46,541 nt of DNA from positions 1-46,541 of the forward strand of contig JAQTVA010000001.1 of the NCBI GenBank assembly GCA_028707055.1. Reading direction: 5' to 3'. Shown piece by piece: positions 8,201 through 18,787 of the stretch. Numbering within the stretch: the first letter of the stretch is position 1; every line of letters starts with the position of its first letter. The position numbers and the translations under genes are program-made. The DNA is from Candidatus Bipolaricaulis sp. (GTDB lineage: Bacteria; Bipolaricaulota; Bipolaricaulia; UBA7950; UBA9294). Below the pieces are notes generated by a model. The model was not told where the DNA came from. It saw only the letters and a program-made list of their open reading frames with translations, and ran no database searches.

Positions 8201-10170
8201 GGCTCATTGGCACGAAGAGCGTGCAGGAAGTGAAGGACAAGGCCGGGCGCGTCGTCATGAAGGCGGACGAGACCGTGACCCCGAGGCTGCTGGGAGCCCT
8301 GCGGAGCGCCGGGATCCACAAGATCCGTGTTCGGCCGCGGATCGTGATTCGCTCCCCGATGACGTGCGAGACGGCGAGCGGCTTGTGCCAACTCTGCTAC
8401 GGCTTCGACATGAGTCAGCATCAACCGGTGCAAATCGGCTCGGCCGTTGGCGTTATCGCGGCGCAGTCCGTCGGTGAGCCCGGGACCCAGCTGACGATGC
8501 GCACGTTCCACACGGGAGGTGTCGCCGGCGAGGACATCACCCAGGGGCTCCCCCGCGCGGAAGAGCTGTTCGAGGCGCGAAAGACCACGAAGGGCGGAGA
8601 AGCCGGGATCTCGCCGCTCGACGGTTACGTCACGAACATCACGTCGTCGGCGAGCGGCGGAGACCAGGTCGAGATCACCGGGGAATCGCGCACCGCCGAG
8701 GTTCCGACGATCCTGGTTCAGGCGAAGGCGGGCGACGAGGTCGACATCGACGAGCTGATCGACTCCCGCAGCCCGTGCAAGGGCGAGATCTACTTCATCC
8801 AGGGAAAGAAGGGGCGCCGAGAAGCGATCGTCATCGACACGGCCGGGGGAGATCGAGCCTACGAACTTCCCGCCGGCGCGGAGCCGACGGTCAAGAACGG
8901 CGAGAAGGTCGCCGCGGCGGATGCCCTCACCGAGCGGTTCAGCATGGATCCGATCGTCGCTCCCTGTCGCTGCACCGTAGAAGCGTCCCCTTCGAAGGAC
9001 CGGGGATTCCTCCTGATCACAGGGGACGGCGAGCCCGTCGAGTACGACATCCCGTACGGCGCTCGCCTTCTCGTCGAGCCCGGAACGAAGGTGGATGAGG
9101 GTACGGCGATCACGTCGCGGTCGAAGCCGATCTTCGTGGCGGCCGAGGCGGAGGGTACGGTCCTTGTGTTGCCGGACCGCATCATCGTCTACAACCCGAA
9201 GGGTGACGCGATCCGGTTCCCGTTGACCAGCGATGTCTCCGCTCTCAAAGGGTACGGCGAGACCGTCCGCGCGGGCGACCTGATCGTCCAGCTCGAGATC
9301 CCGCACGTGGAGCGAGTCTGTGTAGAGTCGATCGAGGCCGAAGGAGGGATTACGAAGCTCCAGCTCCAGCCGAAGAGCATCGTGCCCATCGACAAAGCCG
9401 TCACGGTTCGGGTCGGGGACAAGATCGAGGAGGGCGACCTCCTGACCAAGGGCGTCGTGGCTCCGCACACCCTGCTTGAGGCGGCGGGCGTCCAGAAGGC
9501 TCGTCAGTACCTGTTGAACGAGATCCATAAGGTGTACAAGCAGCAAGGGGTCGACATCAACGACAAGCACCTGGAGGTCATCATCCGGCAGATCCTGAAC
9601 AATGTCCGGATCGTGGATCGCGGGGACTCCCGCTTCCTCCTCGGCGACCTGATCACGCTCGAGGAGTTCCGCAAGGAGATCCAGACCCTGTCCGAGTGGA
9701 ACCGCAACGCAGAACAGGCACGCTCCGAAGCCCTGGGAGAGCCGTTGGCGGAGGATGTCGTCGCCGACGGGCAGACGCTTGCGACGGCGGGCCGCGCCCT
9801 GTCGACAGAGCTGATCGCGATGGCTCAACGGGCGGACGTGGAGGTCCTCCGCGTCCTTCGCGACGGCGAGACCCTGGATGTGCCGATGCTCGACAAGCGT
9901 CTCCCGGACGGCGAGCGCGAGCTTCTGCGGATCTCGAAGGCGGCGCTACAGACGAAGGGATGGCTCTCCGCTGCGTCGTTCCAGAGGACCACGAAAGTGT
10001 TGGCGGAAGCGGCGCTGCGTGGAGAGACCGACGAGCTCGACGGCCTCAAACCGAGCATCATCGTCGGGAAAAGGATCCCCGCAGGGACGGGATTCCCGGC
10101 CCTGGTGGCGGCGGCCGTGGCCCGAGAGCAGGGCGGGGCCGCCGACGAGGAAGAGCCCGAGGAAACTTGA
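5212..10170 (+). CDS. rpoC: DNA-directed RNA polymerase subunit beta-prime, 1652 aa with lineage-specific insertions
   Basis: The TTG start at 5212 is the only start after the in-frame TGA at 5203, and a GAGGTGA RBS precedes it. Zn finger: [19 protein letters not shown]. Catalytic motif: [12 protein letters not shown]. Trigger-loop region: [29 protein letters not shown]-terminal block: [16 protein letters not shown]...[10 protein letters not shown]. Confidence 0.98.
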   Translation: MISGDDIKRVKLQLAPPAAILGWSHGEVTESETINYRTHRAERGGLYAEEIFGPANDYECACGKYKGKKYEGITCEKCHVLVTDSSVRRVNMGHIQLASPVVHFWFLKGVSSLLSRLLGLKKRELQRIAYYETEPMEQALYIVTSSDSKDVRPGELLYSSEHSVLAGKFSFDVEEAYYIDDASRVLAEEGGRVTIEDRQLTNGEKVRTVIVGSQEYPIVGDVELMVEDGDEVEPDTVIAERPVGELCSKTAYAMLVDRYGAVTGEVLDREILDTLAFVVTRIKDPAFPLALGDRLTYLEKRAYERIYPEGFIAETGAAGIRGLLEVLDMNELHASLEEEIRGETAVGNQRRLTKRLEVVDQLRLSGNNAQDMILEVIPVLPPDLRPMIQLEGGKFATTDLNDLYRRIINRNNRLKKLIDMGAPEVILRNERRMLQEAVDALIHNEKKESPIRGRDNRPLKSLSERIHGKHGRLRRNLLGRRVDYSGRAVIVVDPKLKLHQCGLPKKMALELFKPFILHYLETTTFSDFDEIKNRALMGEMPEVWDILDKLIKQHPVLLNRAPTLHRLSMQAFEPILVDGEAIHIHPFVCPPYNADFDGDQMAVHLPLSPEAIAEARELMAAPRNILSPSSGEPLTLPTQDPIYAYYFLTLCDEEGKGTGKAFRDIEEARRAFETGFLGLHSPVKIRIDGKVVETTLGRAELNLVLPAAIRDYTRVVDRRTVKRIIMQCSLEYGWQKAAEVLDELKELGFRYATYAGLTISLKDCLIPEEKGDIVRESQASVQRIETMFKMGLATEDERRNAVIRIWRQTVDAVEDATMANLRAHKFNPVYGMVTSGARGGPDQVKQLCGMRGPMAGPSGEIIERPVISNFREGLDMMEYFISTHGGRKGAADTALKTADSGYLTRRLVDASSDTIVREIDCGTSQGVEIDPLRFSKTEIMEPIEERVYGRVTAAPIIDPSSGDVLVDANQWITREVAEHIGRLECELSFARGAAEERLIGTKSVQEVKDKAGRVVMKADETVTPRLLGALRSAGIHKIRVRPRIVIRSPMTCETASGLCQLCYGFDMSQHQPVQIGSAVGVIAAQSVGEPGTQLTMRTFHTGGVAGEDITQGLPRAEELFEARKTTKGGEAGISPLDGYVTNITSSASGGDQVEITGESRTAEVPTILVQAKAGDEVDIDELIDSRSPCKGEIYFIQGKKGRREAIVIDTAGGDRAYELPAGAEPTVKNGEKVAAADALTERFSMDPIVAPCRCTVEASPSKDRGFLLITGDGEPVEYDIPYGARLLVEPGTKVDEGTAITSRSKPIFVAAEAEGTVLVLPDRIIVYNPKGDAIRFPLTSDVSALKGYGETVRAGDLIVQLEIPHVERVCVESIEAEGGITKLQLQPKSIVPIDKAVTVRVGDKIEEGDLLTKGVVAPHTLLEAAGVQKARQYLLNEIHKVYKQQGVDINDKHLEVIIRQILNNVRIVDRGDSRFLLGDLITLEEFRKEIQTLSEWNRNAEQARSEALGEPLAEDVVADGQTLATAGRALSTELIAMAQRADVEVLRVLRDGETLDVPMLDKRLPDGERELLRISKAALQTKGWLSAASFQRTTKVLAEAALRGETDELDGLKPSIIVGKRIPAGTGFPALVAAAVAREQGGAADEEEPEET

Positions 10171-10195
10171 ACGGGTTCCGACCGGCTCCTATAAT
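10167..10195 (+). promoter_or_regulatory. sigma70-type promoter TTGAAC-17 nt-TATAAT in the rpoC-rpsL spacer
   Basis: TTGAAC at 10167-10172 overlaps the rpoC stop codon. TATAAT is at 10190-10195, 27 nt before the rpsL ATG. Confidence 0.6.
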
Positions 10196-10222
10196 CGGGC
10201 TCAATTCAGCTAGGGAGTGGAG

Positions 10223-10609
10223 ATGCCGACGATCAACCAGTTGATCCGACTAGGACGCAGTCCAAAGACCAAGAAGAGCAAGGCGCCGCAGCTCGAGGCG
10301 TCTCCGCAGCGGCGTGGGGTGTGCACTCGCGTCTACACCCGAACACCCAAGAAGCCGAACTCGGCGCTTCGGAAGGTGGCGCGCGTGAGGTTGAGCAACG
10401 GCAAGGAAGTCACTTCCTACATCGGGGGCGAAGGGCACAACCTTCAGGAACACTCGATGGTCATGGTGCGCGGAGGCCGCGTGAAGGACCTCCCCGGGGT
10501 TCGGTACCACATCGTGCGAGGGACTCTGGATTCCGAAGGCGTCGAGGGACGGCGCCAGGGCCGTTCGAAGTATGGCGCCAAGAAACAGGGCGGCGCCAAG
10601 AAGACGTGA
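10223..10609 (+). CDS. rpsL: 30S ribosomal protein S12
   Basis: MPTINQLIR...[19 protein letters not shown]...[17 protein letters not shown]. The ATG at 10223 follows an AGGGAG RBS. Confidence 0.98.
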   Translation: MPTINQLIRLGRSPKTKKSKAPQLEASPQRRGVCTRVYTRTPKKPNSALRKVARVRLSNGKEVTSYIGGEGHNLQEHSMVMVRGGRVKDLPGVRYHIVRGTLDSEGVEGRRQGRSKYGAKKQGGAKKT

Positions 10610-10622
10610 GTAAGGAGACGCC

Positions 10623-11081
10623 ATGAAGCTCCCCGGACGCGATGTGAAACCTGACATTCGATACAACAGCAAGCTTTTGGCGAAGCTGATCAACTATTCG
10701 ATGTTGAGCGGGAAGAAGGCCACGGCCGAGCGCATCGTCTACGACGCGCTGGAGATCGTCGAGAAGCGCAGCAACACGCCGGCGCTCGACGTCTTCAACG
10801 AGGCCCTTGCCAACTGCTCGCCGCGCCTCGAAGTCCGCACGCGCCGCGTCGGCGGTGCGAACTATCAGGTTCCCTACGAGGTCCCGGCGGATCGTCAGAT
10901 CGCGCTCGCGCTCCGCTGGCTGGTGTCCTTCTCCCGGGCGCGAGGAGAGCACACCATGGCCGAGCGGCTCGCCGGAGAGATTCTCGAGGCGTCCCGGAAG
11001 GAAGGGAAGGCCTACAACAAGAGGCTCGACGCGCATCGAATGGCCGAGTCGAACAAGGCGTTCGCGCACTACCGATGGTAG
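10623..11081 (+). CDS. rpsG: 30S ribosomal protein S7
   Basis: SKLLAKLINYSMLSGKKATAERIVYDAL...RRVGGANYQVPYEV...AFAHYRW. Confidence 0.97.
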   Translation: MKLPGRDVKPDIRYNSKLLAKLINYSMLSGKKATAERIVYDALEIVEKRSNTPALDVFNEALANCSPRLEVRTRRVGGANYQVPYEVPADRQIALALRWLVSFSRARGEHTMAERLAGEILEASRKEGKAYNKRLDAHRMAESNKAFAHYRW

Positions 11082-11134
11082 AGCCGCCGCGTCGCGCTCC
11101 GTTCGTTTTCGCGTCCCGCTGAAAGGGGACGTCG

Positions 11135-13210
11135 ATGTCCAGCCCGGGTTCCCACGACCTCGATCGAGTGCGCAACATCGGTATCCTGGCGCACATCGAC
11201 GCGGGCAAGACGACGACGACGGAGCGCATTCTCTTTTTCACCGGTCAGATCCACAAGATGGGCGAAGTCCATGAGGGCGACACCGAGATGGACTGGATGG
11301 CCCAGGAGAGGGAGCGCGGCATCACCATCACGTCCGCGGCGACGACATGCCCGTGGATGGACCACCGGATCAACATCATCGATACCCCGGGCCACGTCGA
11401 CTTCACGGCCGAGGTCGAGCGATCCCTAAGGGTCCTGGATGGGGGCGTCGTGGTGTTCTCCGGCGTCGAGATGGTCGAGTCGCAGTCCGAGACCGTGTGG
11501 CGTCAAGCCGATCGCTACGGAATCCCTCGCATTGCGTTCGTGAACAAGCTCGACCGGCCGGAGTCGAGCTACACGGGGACCCTCGACATGATCGAGCAGC
11601 GGCTCGGGGTTCGCGTCGTGCCGCTGTCGCTCCCGTACCGCGACGCCGATCGGAGGCTCGTCGGAGTGGTCGGACTTCTCGAACGCGAGCTTGTCGTCTG
11701 GGACACGACATCGCTCGGGGTTCGAATGGAGCGCCAGCCGGTTCCCGAAGCCCTGCGGGACGCCGTCGAGATGTACCGGGAGATGGCGCTCGAGCGGGTC
11801 GCCGAGGTCGATGATGCGGCGATGGAGGCCTTCCTCGAGCGGGGTGACATCGAGGCGTCGCTCTTCCATCAGGCCCTTCGCAGAGGCTGCATTGAACGCG
11901 GGCTGATCCCGGTTGTCGGTGGCTCGGCGTTCCAGAAGATCGGCGTCCAGCCGCTCCTCGACGCGATCGTTCGCTACCTCCCCTCGCCGCTCGACGTGCC
12001 CCCGGTCCACGATGTGGAGGGAGACGAAGAGCGTCCGGCGGATCCCGAGGCCCCGTTCTCCGCGCTGGCGTTCAAAGTCGTCTCGGATGCGTATGCCGGG
12101 CGCCTTGTCTTCGTGCGCGTGTACTCGGGCACCGTCGAGTCCGGAGGCCATGCGTTCAACGCGTCGACCCGCAAGGGGCTCCGCGTCACGAAGATCTTTC
12201 GCATGCACGCGAACCACCGTACCCAGCTCGAGCAGATGGTGGCCGGGGACATCGTGGCGATCGTCGGGTCGCAGGATGTGTCGACCGGCGAGACGCTGTG
12301 TGACAAGCAGGCCCCCATTCTTCTCGAGAAGATCCAGTTTCCGGAGCCTGTCGTGTTCGCCGCCGTGGAGCCGAGGACGGAAGCGGAGCTTGGGAGCCTG
12401 TTGGAGAACCTGAACAAGCTCGCGCAGGAGGACCCGACGTTTCACGTGCGGATCGACGAGACGACGGATCAGATCGTCATTGGGGGCATGGGCGAGCTGC
12501 ACCTCGACGTCCTCATGCGGCGGCTGCGCGAAGAGCTTGGAGTGCATGCGAACGTCGGAACCCCGCAGGTCGCGTATCGAGAGACGCTACGCGAGCCGGT
12601 CGTGGCGGAGGACCGGTTCACAAGACAGGCGGCCGGGCGTGGGCAGTACGCGCATGTGATCCTGCGACTGGAGCCGCTCCCACGCGGAAGCGGAATCCAG
12701 GTCAGGTTTGCGGCCCAACCGGACGAGATTCCGAAGACGTACGAAGCGGCCATCGAAAGCACGCTTCGTGGAACGTTGACAAACGGACCGCTAGCGGGTT
12801 ATCCTTTGGCCGACATCGGAGCCACCGTAACAGGTGGATCTTATCATCCGGTAGACTCGTCCGAGCTTGCGTTTCGTGCTGCGACGTCGTCTGCGTTGCG
12901 CACGGCGTACGGCCTGGGTGCGTTTGACCTTCTCGAGCCCATTCTCGAGGGAGAGGTGATCACGCCCGGCGGGTACCTGGGTGAAGTGATGGAGGACCTG
13001 GCGCGCAGGCGGGGCGAGATTCGGGAGCTTCGCTCGCGGGGAGAGATCCAGATTCTGAGGGTCTCGGTCCCGCTCGCGGAGAGCTTTGGATATGCGACTC
13101 GGCTGCGTTCGTTGACCCAGGGGCGGGCAACGTACTCGCTGAAAGTGGCCCGCTACGCCGTGGTCCCGGACGGGTCGAGGGAGAAAATCATCAAGAGCAG
13201 AGGGTATTGA
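11135..13210 (+). CDS. fusA: translation elongation factor G
   Basis: [22 protein letters not shown]...[19 protein letters not shown]...[11 protein letters not shown]. Length is 691 aa. Confidence 0.97.
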   Translation: MSSPGSHDLDRVRNIGILAHIDAGKTTTTERILFFTGQIHKMGEVHEGDTEMDWMAQERERGITITSAATTCPWMDHRINIIDTPGHVDFTAEVERSLRVLDGGVVVFSGVEMVESQSETVWRQADRYGIPRIAFVNKLDRPESSYTGTLDMIEQRLGVRVVPLSLPYRDADRRLVGVVGLLERELVVWDTTSLGVRMERQPVPEALRDAVEMYREMALERVAEVDDAAMEAFLERGDIEASLFHQALRRGCIERGLIPVVGGSAFQKIGVQPLLDAIVRYLPSPLDVPPVHDVEGDEERPADPEAPFSALAFKVVSDAYAGRLVFVRVYSGTVESGGHAFNASTRKGLRVTKIFRMHANHRTQLEQMVAGDIVAIVGSQDVSTGETLCDKQAPILLEKIQFPEPVVFAAVEPRTEAELGSLLENLNKLAQEDPTFHVRIDETTDQIVIGGMGELHLDVLMRRLREELGVHANVGTPQVAYRETLREPVVAEDRFTRQAAGRGQYAHVILRLEPLPRGSGIQVRFAAQPDEIPKTYEAAIESTLRGTLTNGPLAGYPLADIGATVTGGSYHPVDSSELAFRAATSSALRTAYGLGAFDLLEPILEGEVITPGGYLGEVMEDLARRRGEIRELRSRGEIQILRVSVPLAESFGYATRLRSLTQGRATYSLKVARYAVVPDGSREKIIKSRGY

Positions 13211-13211
13211 C

Positions 13212-13520
13212 ATGGCGAGAGAGAAGATCCGGATCAAGCTGCGAGGGTACGATCACGAGCTCGTCGACAGCTCGGTTCGGAAGATCGTCGAGTCGGCGAA
13301 GGAGACACGGGCCAAGATTGCTGGCCCGATTCCGCTTCCTACGGAGCGCCGGGTGTACACCGTGCTGCGCTCTCCGCACATCGACAAGCGGTCGATGGAG
13401 CACTTTGAGCGACGGATCCACACGCGGCTCCTCGACATCAAGGAACCGACCTCCGAGACGATCAATGCTCTGATGGACATCGAGCTCCCTACGGGAATCG
13501 ACATCGAGATCAAGCTGTAA
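13212..13520 (+). CDS. rpsJ: 30S ribosomal protein S10
   Basis: [16 protein letters not shown]...[39 protein letters not shown]. It starts 1 nt after the fusA stop. Confidence 0.98.
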   Translation: MAREKIRIKLRGYDHELVDSSVRKIVESAKETRAKIAGPIPLPTERRVYTVLRSPHIDKRSMEHFERRIHTRLLDIKEPTSETINALMDIELPTGIDIEIKL

Positions 13521-13539
13521 GCACGGAGGTTGGCGACGC

Positions 13540-14163
13540 ATGGCTCGGGGACTCCTCGCGAAGAAGATCGGCATGACGCAGCTGTTCATCGATGACCACG
13601 CCGTGGGGGCGACGGTCATCGAGGCGAAGCCGTGCACGGTCGTCCAAGTCAAGACCAGGGAGAAGGACGGCTACGACGCGCTCCAGCTGGGGTATGAAGA
13701 GGTGAAGGAGAGCAAGGTCACTCGGCCGCTCGCCGGGCACTACAAGAAAGCCGGCGTCGCTCCTCATCGCCACCTGTTCGAGGTTCGTCTCGAACGCATC
13801 GGGGAGCATCAAGTGGGCGACCGGATTGGCGTTGAGTTCTTCACTGAGGGCGATAAGGTGGACATCTCTGGGACGACCCGCGGACTGGGGTTCCAGGGAG
13901 TCATGAAGCGGTGGAACTTCAGCGGAGGGCCCAAGACCCACGGATCGAAGTTCCACCGGCGAACGGGATCGATCGGGTGCCACGTCCAGCCGGGGTGGGT
14001 CGTCAAGGGCCGAAAGATGCCCGGCCATACCGGGGATGAGCGGGTCACCGTTCGGGGCCTGAAGGTGTTGAAGGTCGACCCGGAGCGGAACCTGATCATT
14101 GTCCGCGGATCGACGCCCGGCGCCCGGGGAAGCCTCCTTGAGCTAGGAAGACGCCATGGTTGA
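13540..14163 (+). CDS. rplC: 50S ribosomal protein L3
   Basis: GLLAKKIGMTQLF...GTTRGLGFQGVMKRWNFSGGPKTHGS. Confidence 0.98.
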   Translation: MARGLLAKKIGMTQLFIDDHAVGATVIEAKPCTVVQVKTREKDGYDALQLGYEEVKESKVTRPLAGHYKKAGVAPHRHLFEVRLERIGEHQVGDRIGVEFFTEGDKVDISGTTRGLGFQGVMKRWNFSGGPKTHGSKFHRRTGSIGCHVQPGWVVKGRKMPGHTGDERVTVRGLKVLKVDPERNLIIVRGSTPGARGSLLELGRRHG

Positions 14164-14794
14164 AGCGAAAGTGTATGCGTTCCAGGGAGGGGCCGAGCCG
14201 CAGGCGGCGGCCCTCGATGAGCGGCTGTTCGGTGCCGAGGTCAACGAAGATCTCCTCTACCGCATCGTTCGCGTGCAGCTGGCCGAGCGCCGTCAGGGAA
14301 CGGCTTCGACGAAGACCCGCGGCGAGGTTCGGGGCGGCGGGAAGAAGCCGTGGCGGCAGAAGGGCACGGGGCGCGCACGACACGGGTCGCGTCGGTCCCC
14401 TCTGTGGGTCGGCGGCGGAACGATCTTCGGCCCGAAGCCGCGCTCGTACGAGATGAAGCTCACGAAGAAGATGAGGTTCGGCGCCTTGGTCTCTGCCCTG
14501 TCCGATCGGGCCCGCGAAGGGCGCGTCGTCCTTGTGGATCGGCTGGCGTTCGATGAGCCGAAGACGAAAGCGGCCGTGGCTCTGCTGGAGCGGCTCGGCG
14601 TCGGCGACAATGCGCTCATCGTGGTCAGCGGCCCGGAGTACGCGCGGACGGTGCGAAAGTCGTTCACGAATCTCCCGTACGTCAAGTGCATCTGCGAGGC
14701 GGGGCTCAACGTCTACGACATCCTGCGGCATGACCACCTCGTGCTCACCGCCGGTGCGGTCGAGGAACTCCAGGGGAGGCTATCGCATGCGTAG
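14156..14794 (+). CDS. rplD: 50S ribosomal protein L4
   Basis: [43 protein letters not shown]. It overlaps rplC by 8 nt. Confidence 0.97.
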   Translation: MVEAKVYAFQGGAEPQAAALDERLFGAEVNEDLLYRIVRVQLAERRQGTASTKTRGEVRGGGKKPWRQKGTGRARHGSRRSPLWVGGGTIFGPKPRSYEMKLTKKMRFGALVSALSDRAREGRVVLVDRLAFDEPKTKAAVALLERLGVGDNALIVVSGPEYARTVRKSFTNLPYVKCICEAGLNVYDILRHDHLVLTAGAVEELQGRLSHA

Positions 14795-15086
14795 ACTGGT
14801 TCACTCCGAAGACGTCGTGATCGCACCGATCCTGACCGAGGAGACATGGCGGCAGATGGAGGACCGGAAGTACGTATTCCGCGTGGCGCTCGGAGCCAAC
14901 AAGATCGAGATTCGGAAGGCGGTCGAGGAGCTGTTCAAGGTCAAGGTGGAAAGAGTCTGGACAGCGAATGTGAACGGGAAGCCTCGACGTGAGCGGATGA
15001 ACCAACTCCACGGGCAGACGTCGCGGTGGCGGAAGGCGATCGTGCGGCTGGCTCCTGGGGATCGCATCGAGATGATGAAAGGATAG
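14787..15086 (+). CDS. rplW: 50S ribosomal protein L23
   Basis: VIAPILTEETW...YVFRVALGANKIEIRKAVEELFKVKVERVWTANV. The ATG at 14787 overlaps the rplD stop by 8 nt. The ORF-track start at 14532 lies inside rplD. Confidence 0.95.
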   Translation: MRRLVHSEDVVIAPILTEETWRQMEDRKYVFRVALGANKIEIRKAVEELFKVKVERVWTANVNGKPRRERMNQLHGQTSRWRKAIVRLAPGDRIEMMKG

Positions 15087-15089
15087 CCC

Positions 15090-15926
15090 ATGGCGCTGCA
15101 ACGACATAAACCGACATCGCCGGGACGACGCCACGGGGAGCTGCCCGATTACTCGGAGCTCACGCCCATCGCGCCCGAGAAGAGCCTCCTCCGCCCGAAG
15201 AACAAGAACGGCGGCCGGAACAGCCAGGGCCACATCACGGCGCGCTGGCGCGGCGGGGGGCACAAGAGGCAGTACCGGGTCATCGACTTCCTCCGCGACA
15301 AGGACGGGATCCCGGCGCGCGTCGTCTCTCGTGAGTACGACCCGAACCGCTCGGCATGGATCACCCTCGTGTGTTACGCCGATGGCGAGAAACGGTACAT
15401 GCTCGCTCCGGTGCAGCTCGAGGTCGGCGCGACAGTGGAGGCGGGCGACAACGCCGAGGTTCAGGTCGGCAACGCGTTGCCCCTGGCGCGGATTCCGCTC
15501 GGCTCGGTGATCCACAACGTGGAGTTCTACCCGCGGAGTGGCGGCGCGATCGCCCGTTCGGCGGGAACGTCGGCGAAGCTGATCGGCAAGGAAGGGGACC
15601 GGGCGCACGTCCGGCTGCCTTCGGGGGAGGTCCGGATCTTCCGAACCGACTGCCGGGCGACGATCGGCGAGGTGTCGAACCCCGACCACAAGAACGTGAA
15701 GCACGGCAAGGCCGGGCGGATGCGGCACCTGGGCTGGAAGCCCGAGGTGCGCGGCACGGCCATGAATCCGGTGGACCATCCGCATGGCGGCGGTGAAGGG
15801 CGCGGACACGTCGGTGGACCGAAGGTGTCGCCGACCGGCAAGCTCGCCAAGGGCGGGCGCACGCGGAAACGAAAGAAGCAGAGCAACGCGCTGATCGTGC
15901 GCCGAGCCGGAAAGGGCAGCCGCTAG
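15090..15926 (+). CDS. rplB: 50S ribosomal protein L2
   Basis: KPTSPGRRH...[13 protein letters not shown]...[18 protein letters not shown]. Confidence 0.98.
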   Translation: MALQRHKPTSPGRRHGELPDYSELTPIAPEKSLLRPKNKNGGRNSQGHITARWRGGGHKRQYRVIDFLRDKDGIPARVVSREYDPNRSAWITLVCYADGEKRYMLAPVQLEVGATVEAGDNAEVQVGNALPLARIPLGSVIHNVEFYPRSGGAIARSAGTSAKLIGKEGDRAHVRLPSGEVRIFRTDCRATIGEVSNPDHKNVKHGKAGRMRHLGWKPEVRGTAMNPVDHPHGGGEGRGHVGGPKVSPTGKLAKGGRTRKRKKQSNALIVRRAGKGSR

Positions 15927-15934
15927 GAGGCCTC

Positions 15935-16219
15935 ATGCCGAGATCAACCAGAAAGGGCCCCTTTGTGGAAGAGAGCCTTCTCGAAAAGATCCAGAAGGCC
16001 AAGCGGGGGGACTCGACCGAGATCAAGACGTGGTCGCGCACCTCGATGGTCACGCCCGAGATGGTGGGACTGACGATCAAGGTGCACAACGGGAAGATCC
16101 ACCTCCCGGTATCCATCGTCGAGAACATGGTGGGACACAAGCTTGGGGAGTTCGCCCCGACGCGGACGTTCCGTAGCCACGGTGGAATGAAGAAGAAAAA
16201 GGCGCCAGGCCTGACATAG
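15935..16219 (+). CDS. rpsS: 30S ribosomal protein S19
   Basis: [18 protein letters not shown]...[33 protein letters not shown]. Confidence 0.98.
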   Translation: MPRSTRKGPFVEESLLEKIQKAKRGDSTEIKTWSRTSMVTPEMVGLTIKVHNGKIHLPVSIVENMVGHKLGEFAPTRTFRSHGGMKKKKAPGLT

Positions 16220-16227
16220 GGAGAGAT

Positions 16228-16569
16228 ATGGAAGCACGGGCAGTGGCACGATTCGTTCGCATGTCGCCGCGTAAGGCTCGCCTTGTGATCGACGCGATCC
16301 GCGGCAAGGACGTCAACGAGGCGCTGAAGATCGTTCGGCTCGCGAGCAAGAAGGCGGCGCAGCCGATCCGGAAGACGCTGGAGTCGGCGATCGCGAACGC
16401 GGAGAACAACTTCGACGTGGACGTCGATGACCTCGTCGTCGTACGGGCGACCGTGGACATGGGACGGGCTCTCCGTCGAATGCAACCCCGTGCGTACGGA
16501 CGGGCGGACATCATCCGCCACGCCACGAGCCACATCACGATCGTGGTCGGCGACAAGGGGCGTGCGTAA
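16228..16569 (+). CDS. rplV: 50S ribosomal protein L22
   Basis: ARFVRMSPRKARLVIDAIRGKDVNEAL...RRMQPRAYGRADIIRHATSHITIVV. Confidence 0.97.
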   Translation: MEARAVARFVRMSPRKARLVIDAIRGKDVNEALKIVRLASKKAAQPIRKTLESAIANAENNFDVDVDDLVVVRATVDMGRALRRMQPRAYGRADIIRHATSHITIVVGDKGRA

Positions 16570-17222
16570 TGGGCCAGAAGATCAATCCGATCGGCTTTCG
16601 CGTCGGGGTGACCCGGAAGTGGGTCTCGAACTGGTACAACCCGAAGCTCGCTCCGGAGTACATTGCGGAGGACAAGAGGATCCGCGATCTGGTCCTCGAC
16701 CGGTATCGACGAGCGGCCGTCGCCGAGGTCAACATCGAGCGTTCGAAAGAGGACCGCGTGTCGATCGTGATCCGGTCGGCGCGACCGGGCATTGTCATCG
16801 GACGAGGCGGGAGCGAGATCGAGCTCCTGCAGAAGGCGCTTGAGGATCTGACCCACCGCAACGTGAAGGTGTCGATCCAGGAGATCGAGCGCCCGGACCT
16901 CGAAGCCCGTTTGATCGCGCAGGACGTGGCGCTCCAGATCGAGAACCGGACGGCGCCGGCGCGTGCGATGAAGGAAGCGATCCGGCGCGTCATGGGCGCC
17001 GGTGCCGAGGGCGTCAAGATCAAGACGAGCGGCCGGCTTGGCGGGACGGACATCGCCCGCACGATCACGATGAAGGAAGGCCGAATCCCGCTCCAGACCC
17101 TGCGAGCGGACATCGATTACGGCCTGGTCGAGGCGCGAACGAAGTACGGCAACATCGGCGTGAAGGCTTGGGTGTTCCGCGGCGAGCGGTCTCCCCGAGC
17201 CCGTCGAGATGAGGTGAAGTAG
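16569..17222 (+). CDS. rpsC: 30S ribosomal protein S3
   Basis: MGQKINPIGFRVGVTRKW...ARPGIVIGRGGSEIE...GRLGG. TAATG overlap with rplV. Confidence 0.98.
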   Translation: MGQKINPIGFRVGVTRKWVSNWYNPKLAPEYIAEDKRIRDLVLDRYRRAAVAEVNIERSKEDRVSIVIRSARPGIVIGRGGSEIELLQKALEDLTHRNVKVSIQEIERPDLEARLIAQDVALQIENRTAPARAMKEAIRRVMGAGAEGVKIKTSGRLGGTDIARTITMKEGRIPLQTLRADIDYGLVEARTKYGNIGVKAWVFRGERSPRARRDEVK

Positions 17223-17223
17223 C

Positions 17224-17655
17224 ATGGCGCTTCTCTTCCCTAAGCGAACGAAGTACCGAAAGCTGCACCGCGGCCGCAGGACCGGGAAGGCCACGCGAGG
17301 CCAGCAGATCGCGTTCGGGGAGTTTGGAATCCAGTCGCTCGAAGCTGCGTGGATCACGCAGGCGCAGATCGAGGCGTGCCGAACGACGATCACGCGAACG
17401 ACGCAGCGTGGCGCCCAGCTTTGGATCCGCATCTTCCCCGACAAGTCGATCACGAAGCACCCGGCCGAGGCGCGCATGGGAAAGGGAAAGGGTCCGGTGG
17501 ACCACTGGGTCGCCGTCGTGCGCCCGGGAAGCGTCCTGTTCGAGATCTCAGGGCTTACGGAGGAGCAGGCGAAGCGGGTCCACTACCTGGTGGGCAACAA
17601 GCTGCCGGTTCGGACGAGGCTGAAGCGGAGAACGGTTCTTGGAGGAGAGGTATGA
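17224..17655 (+). CDS. rplP: 50S ribosomal protein L16
   Basis: LFPKRTKYRKLHRGR...ARMGKGKGPVDHWVAVVRPGSVLFEI. Confidence 0.98.
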   Translation: MALLFPKRTKYRKLHRGRRTGKATRGQQIAFGEFGIQSLEAAWITQAQIEACRTTITRTTQRGAQLWIRIFPDKSITKHPAEARMGKGKGPVDHWVAVVRPGSVLFEISGLTEEQAKRVHYLVGNKLPVRTRLKRRTVLGGEV

Positions 17656-17852
17656 AGGCGGGGGAACTGCGCGAGATGACGCTCGCCGAGTTGGAGCAGA
17701 AGGAGCGCGAGCTGAAGCGCAAGCTGTTCAACCTCCGTTTCCAGCGCGCGACCGGGCAGCTTGACAACTCGGCCGAGCTGAAGAAGACGCGCCGGGACGT
17801 GGCGCGCGTCATGACCGTCGCCGCGGCGAAGGGGCGGGAGGCAGGCCGATGA
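17652..17852 (+). CDS. rpmC: 50S ribosomal protein L29
   Basis: [43 protein letters not shown] overlap with rplP. Confidence 0.95.
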   Translation: MKAGELREMTLAELEQKERELKRKLFNLRFQRATGQLDNSAELKKTRRDVARVMTVAAAKGREAGR

Positions 17853-18094
17853 GGAAGATCAAGACCGGTCGCGTGGTGAGCGATCGCATGACCCAGACCA
17901 TCGTGGTGAGCGTGGAAGAGCGCCGCCTTCACCCGAAGTACCGCAAGCACGTCAGTCGCTTCTTCAAGTTCCACGCCGACGATCCCCGAGAGCAGGCGGG
18001 GCTTGGAGACCTCGTGCGGATCGAGGAGTGCCGTCCGCTGAGTCGGACGAAGCGCTGGCGATTGGTCGAGGTCGTCGAGAAGGCGGAGGAATAG
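17849..18094 (+). CDS. rpsQ: 30S ribosomal protein S17
   Basis: [45 protein letters not shown] overlap with rpmC. Confidence 0.97.
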   Translation: MRKIKTGRVVSDRMTQTIVVSVEERRLHPKYRKHVSRFFKFHADDPREQAGLGDLVRIEECRPLSRTKRWRLVEVVEKAEE

Positions 18095-18096
18095 CC

Positions 18097-18465
18097 ATGA
18101 TTCAGATGCAGACGATGTTGAAGGTGGCGGACAACTCGGGAGCCAAGGTCGTCCGCTGCTTCAACGTGCTAGGTCCGTCGAACCGCCGCATCGGCGAGAT
18201 CGGCGACATCATCGTCGGATCCGTTCGAAAGCGCCTCCCGACGAGCGATATCGAGAAGGGGCAGATCGTGCGGGGCGTGATCGTCCGGACGCGACAGGCG
18301 TACCGGCGCAAGGACGGGACGTACGTTCGCTTCGACGACAACGCGATTGTACTGATCAACGCCCAAGGGGAGCCGATTGGGACCCGTGTCTTCGGGCCGG
18401 TGGCTCGCGAGCTGCGCGACAAGAAGATGATGCGCATCATCTCGCTTGCGCCCGAGGTTCTGTAG
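18097..18465 (+). CDS. rplN: 50S ribosomal protein L14
   Basis: [26 protein letters not shown]...[12 protein letters not shown]. The ATG at 18097 follows a GGAGGA RBS. Confidence 0.98.
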   Translation: MIQMQTMLKVADNSGAKVVRCFNVLGPSNRRIGEIGDIIVGSVRKRLPTSDIEKGQIVRGVIVRTRQAYRRKDGTYVRFDDNAIVLINAQGEPIGTRVFGPVARELRDKKMMRIISLAPEVL

Positions 18466-18475
18466 GAGGGTTGCG

Positions 18476-18787
18476 ATGAGAAAAGTGCGCAAGGGCGATC
18501 GGGTTCAAGTGATCGCCGGGGACGAGCGAGGGAAGACCGGCAAGGTCCTCGTCGTCCTCCCGGAGAAGAATCGGATCATTGTGGAGAACATCAACATGAT
18601 CACGAAGCACCAGCGCGCGACGCAGAACTTGCGCGAGCCGGGAATTGTCAAGAGGGAAGGGCCGATTCACATCTCGAACGTTCTGCCGGTGTGCCCGGAG
18701 TGCGATGCTCCGACGCGGATCGCGTTCACCGAGGTCGAGGGGAAGAAGATGCGGCAGTGCAAACAGTGTGGGGAGATCTTCGAGTGA
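18476..18787 (+). CDS. rplX: 50S ribosomal protein L24 with a CxxC...CxxC C-terminal segment
   Basis: MRKVRKGDRVQVIAGDERGKTGKVLVVLPEKNRIIVENINMITKHQR is the KOW motif. The C-terminus is VCPECDAPTRIAF...RQCKQCGEIFE. Confidence 0.96.
   Translation: MRKVRKGDRVQVIAGDERGKTGKVLVVLPEKNRIIVENINMITKHQRATQNLREPGIVKREGPIHISNVLPVCPECDAPTRIAFTEVEGKKMRQCKQCGEIFE

Noticed and set aside
6025-9828. A 1267-aa uninterrupted ORF antisense to rpoC. Similar long antisense or out-of-frame ORFs occur at 18793-20820, 25672-27324, 16077-17477, 42561-44081, 44747-46051 and 27610-28884.
   Set aside because: - Each lies entirely opposite or inside a gene with unmistakable homology.
- Their translations are Arg/Pro/Gly/Asp-rich with no recognisable motifs.
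- In GC-rich genomes with high third-position GC, stop codons are rare on the antisense strand, so such shadow ORFs are expected artefacts.
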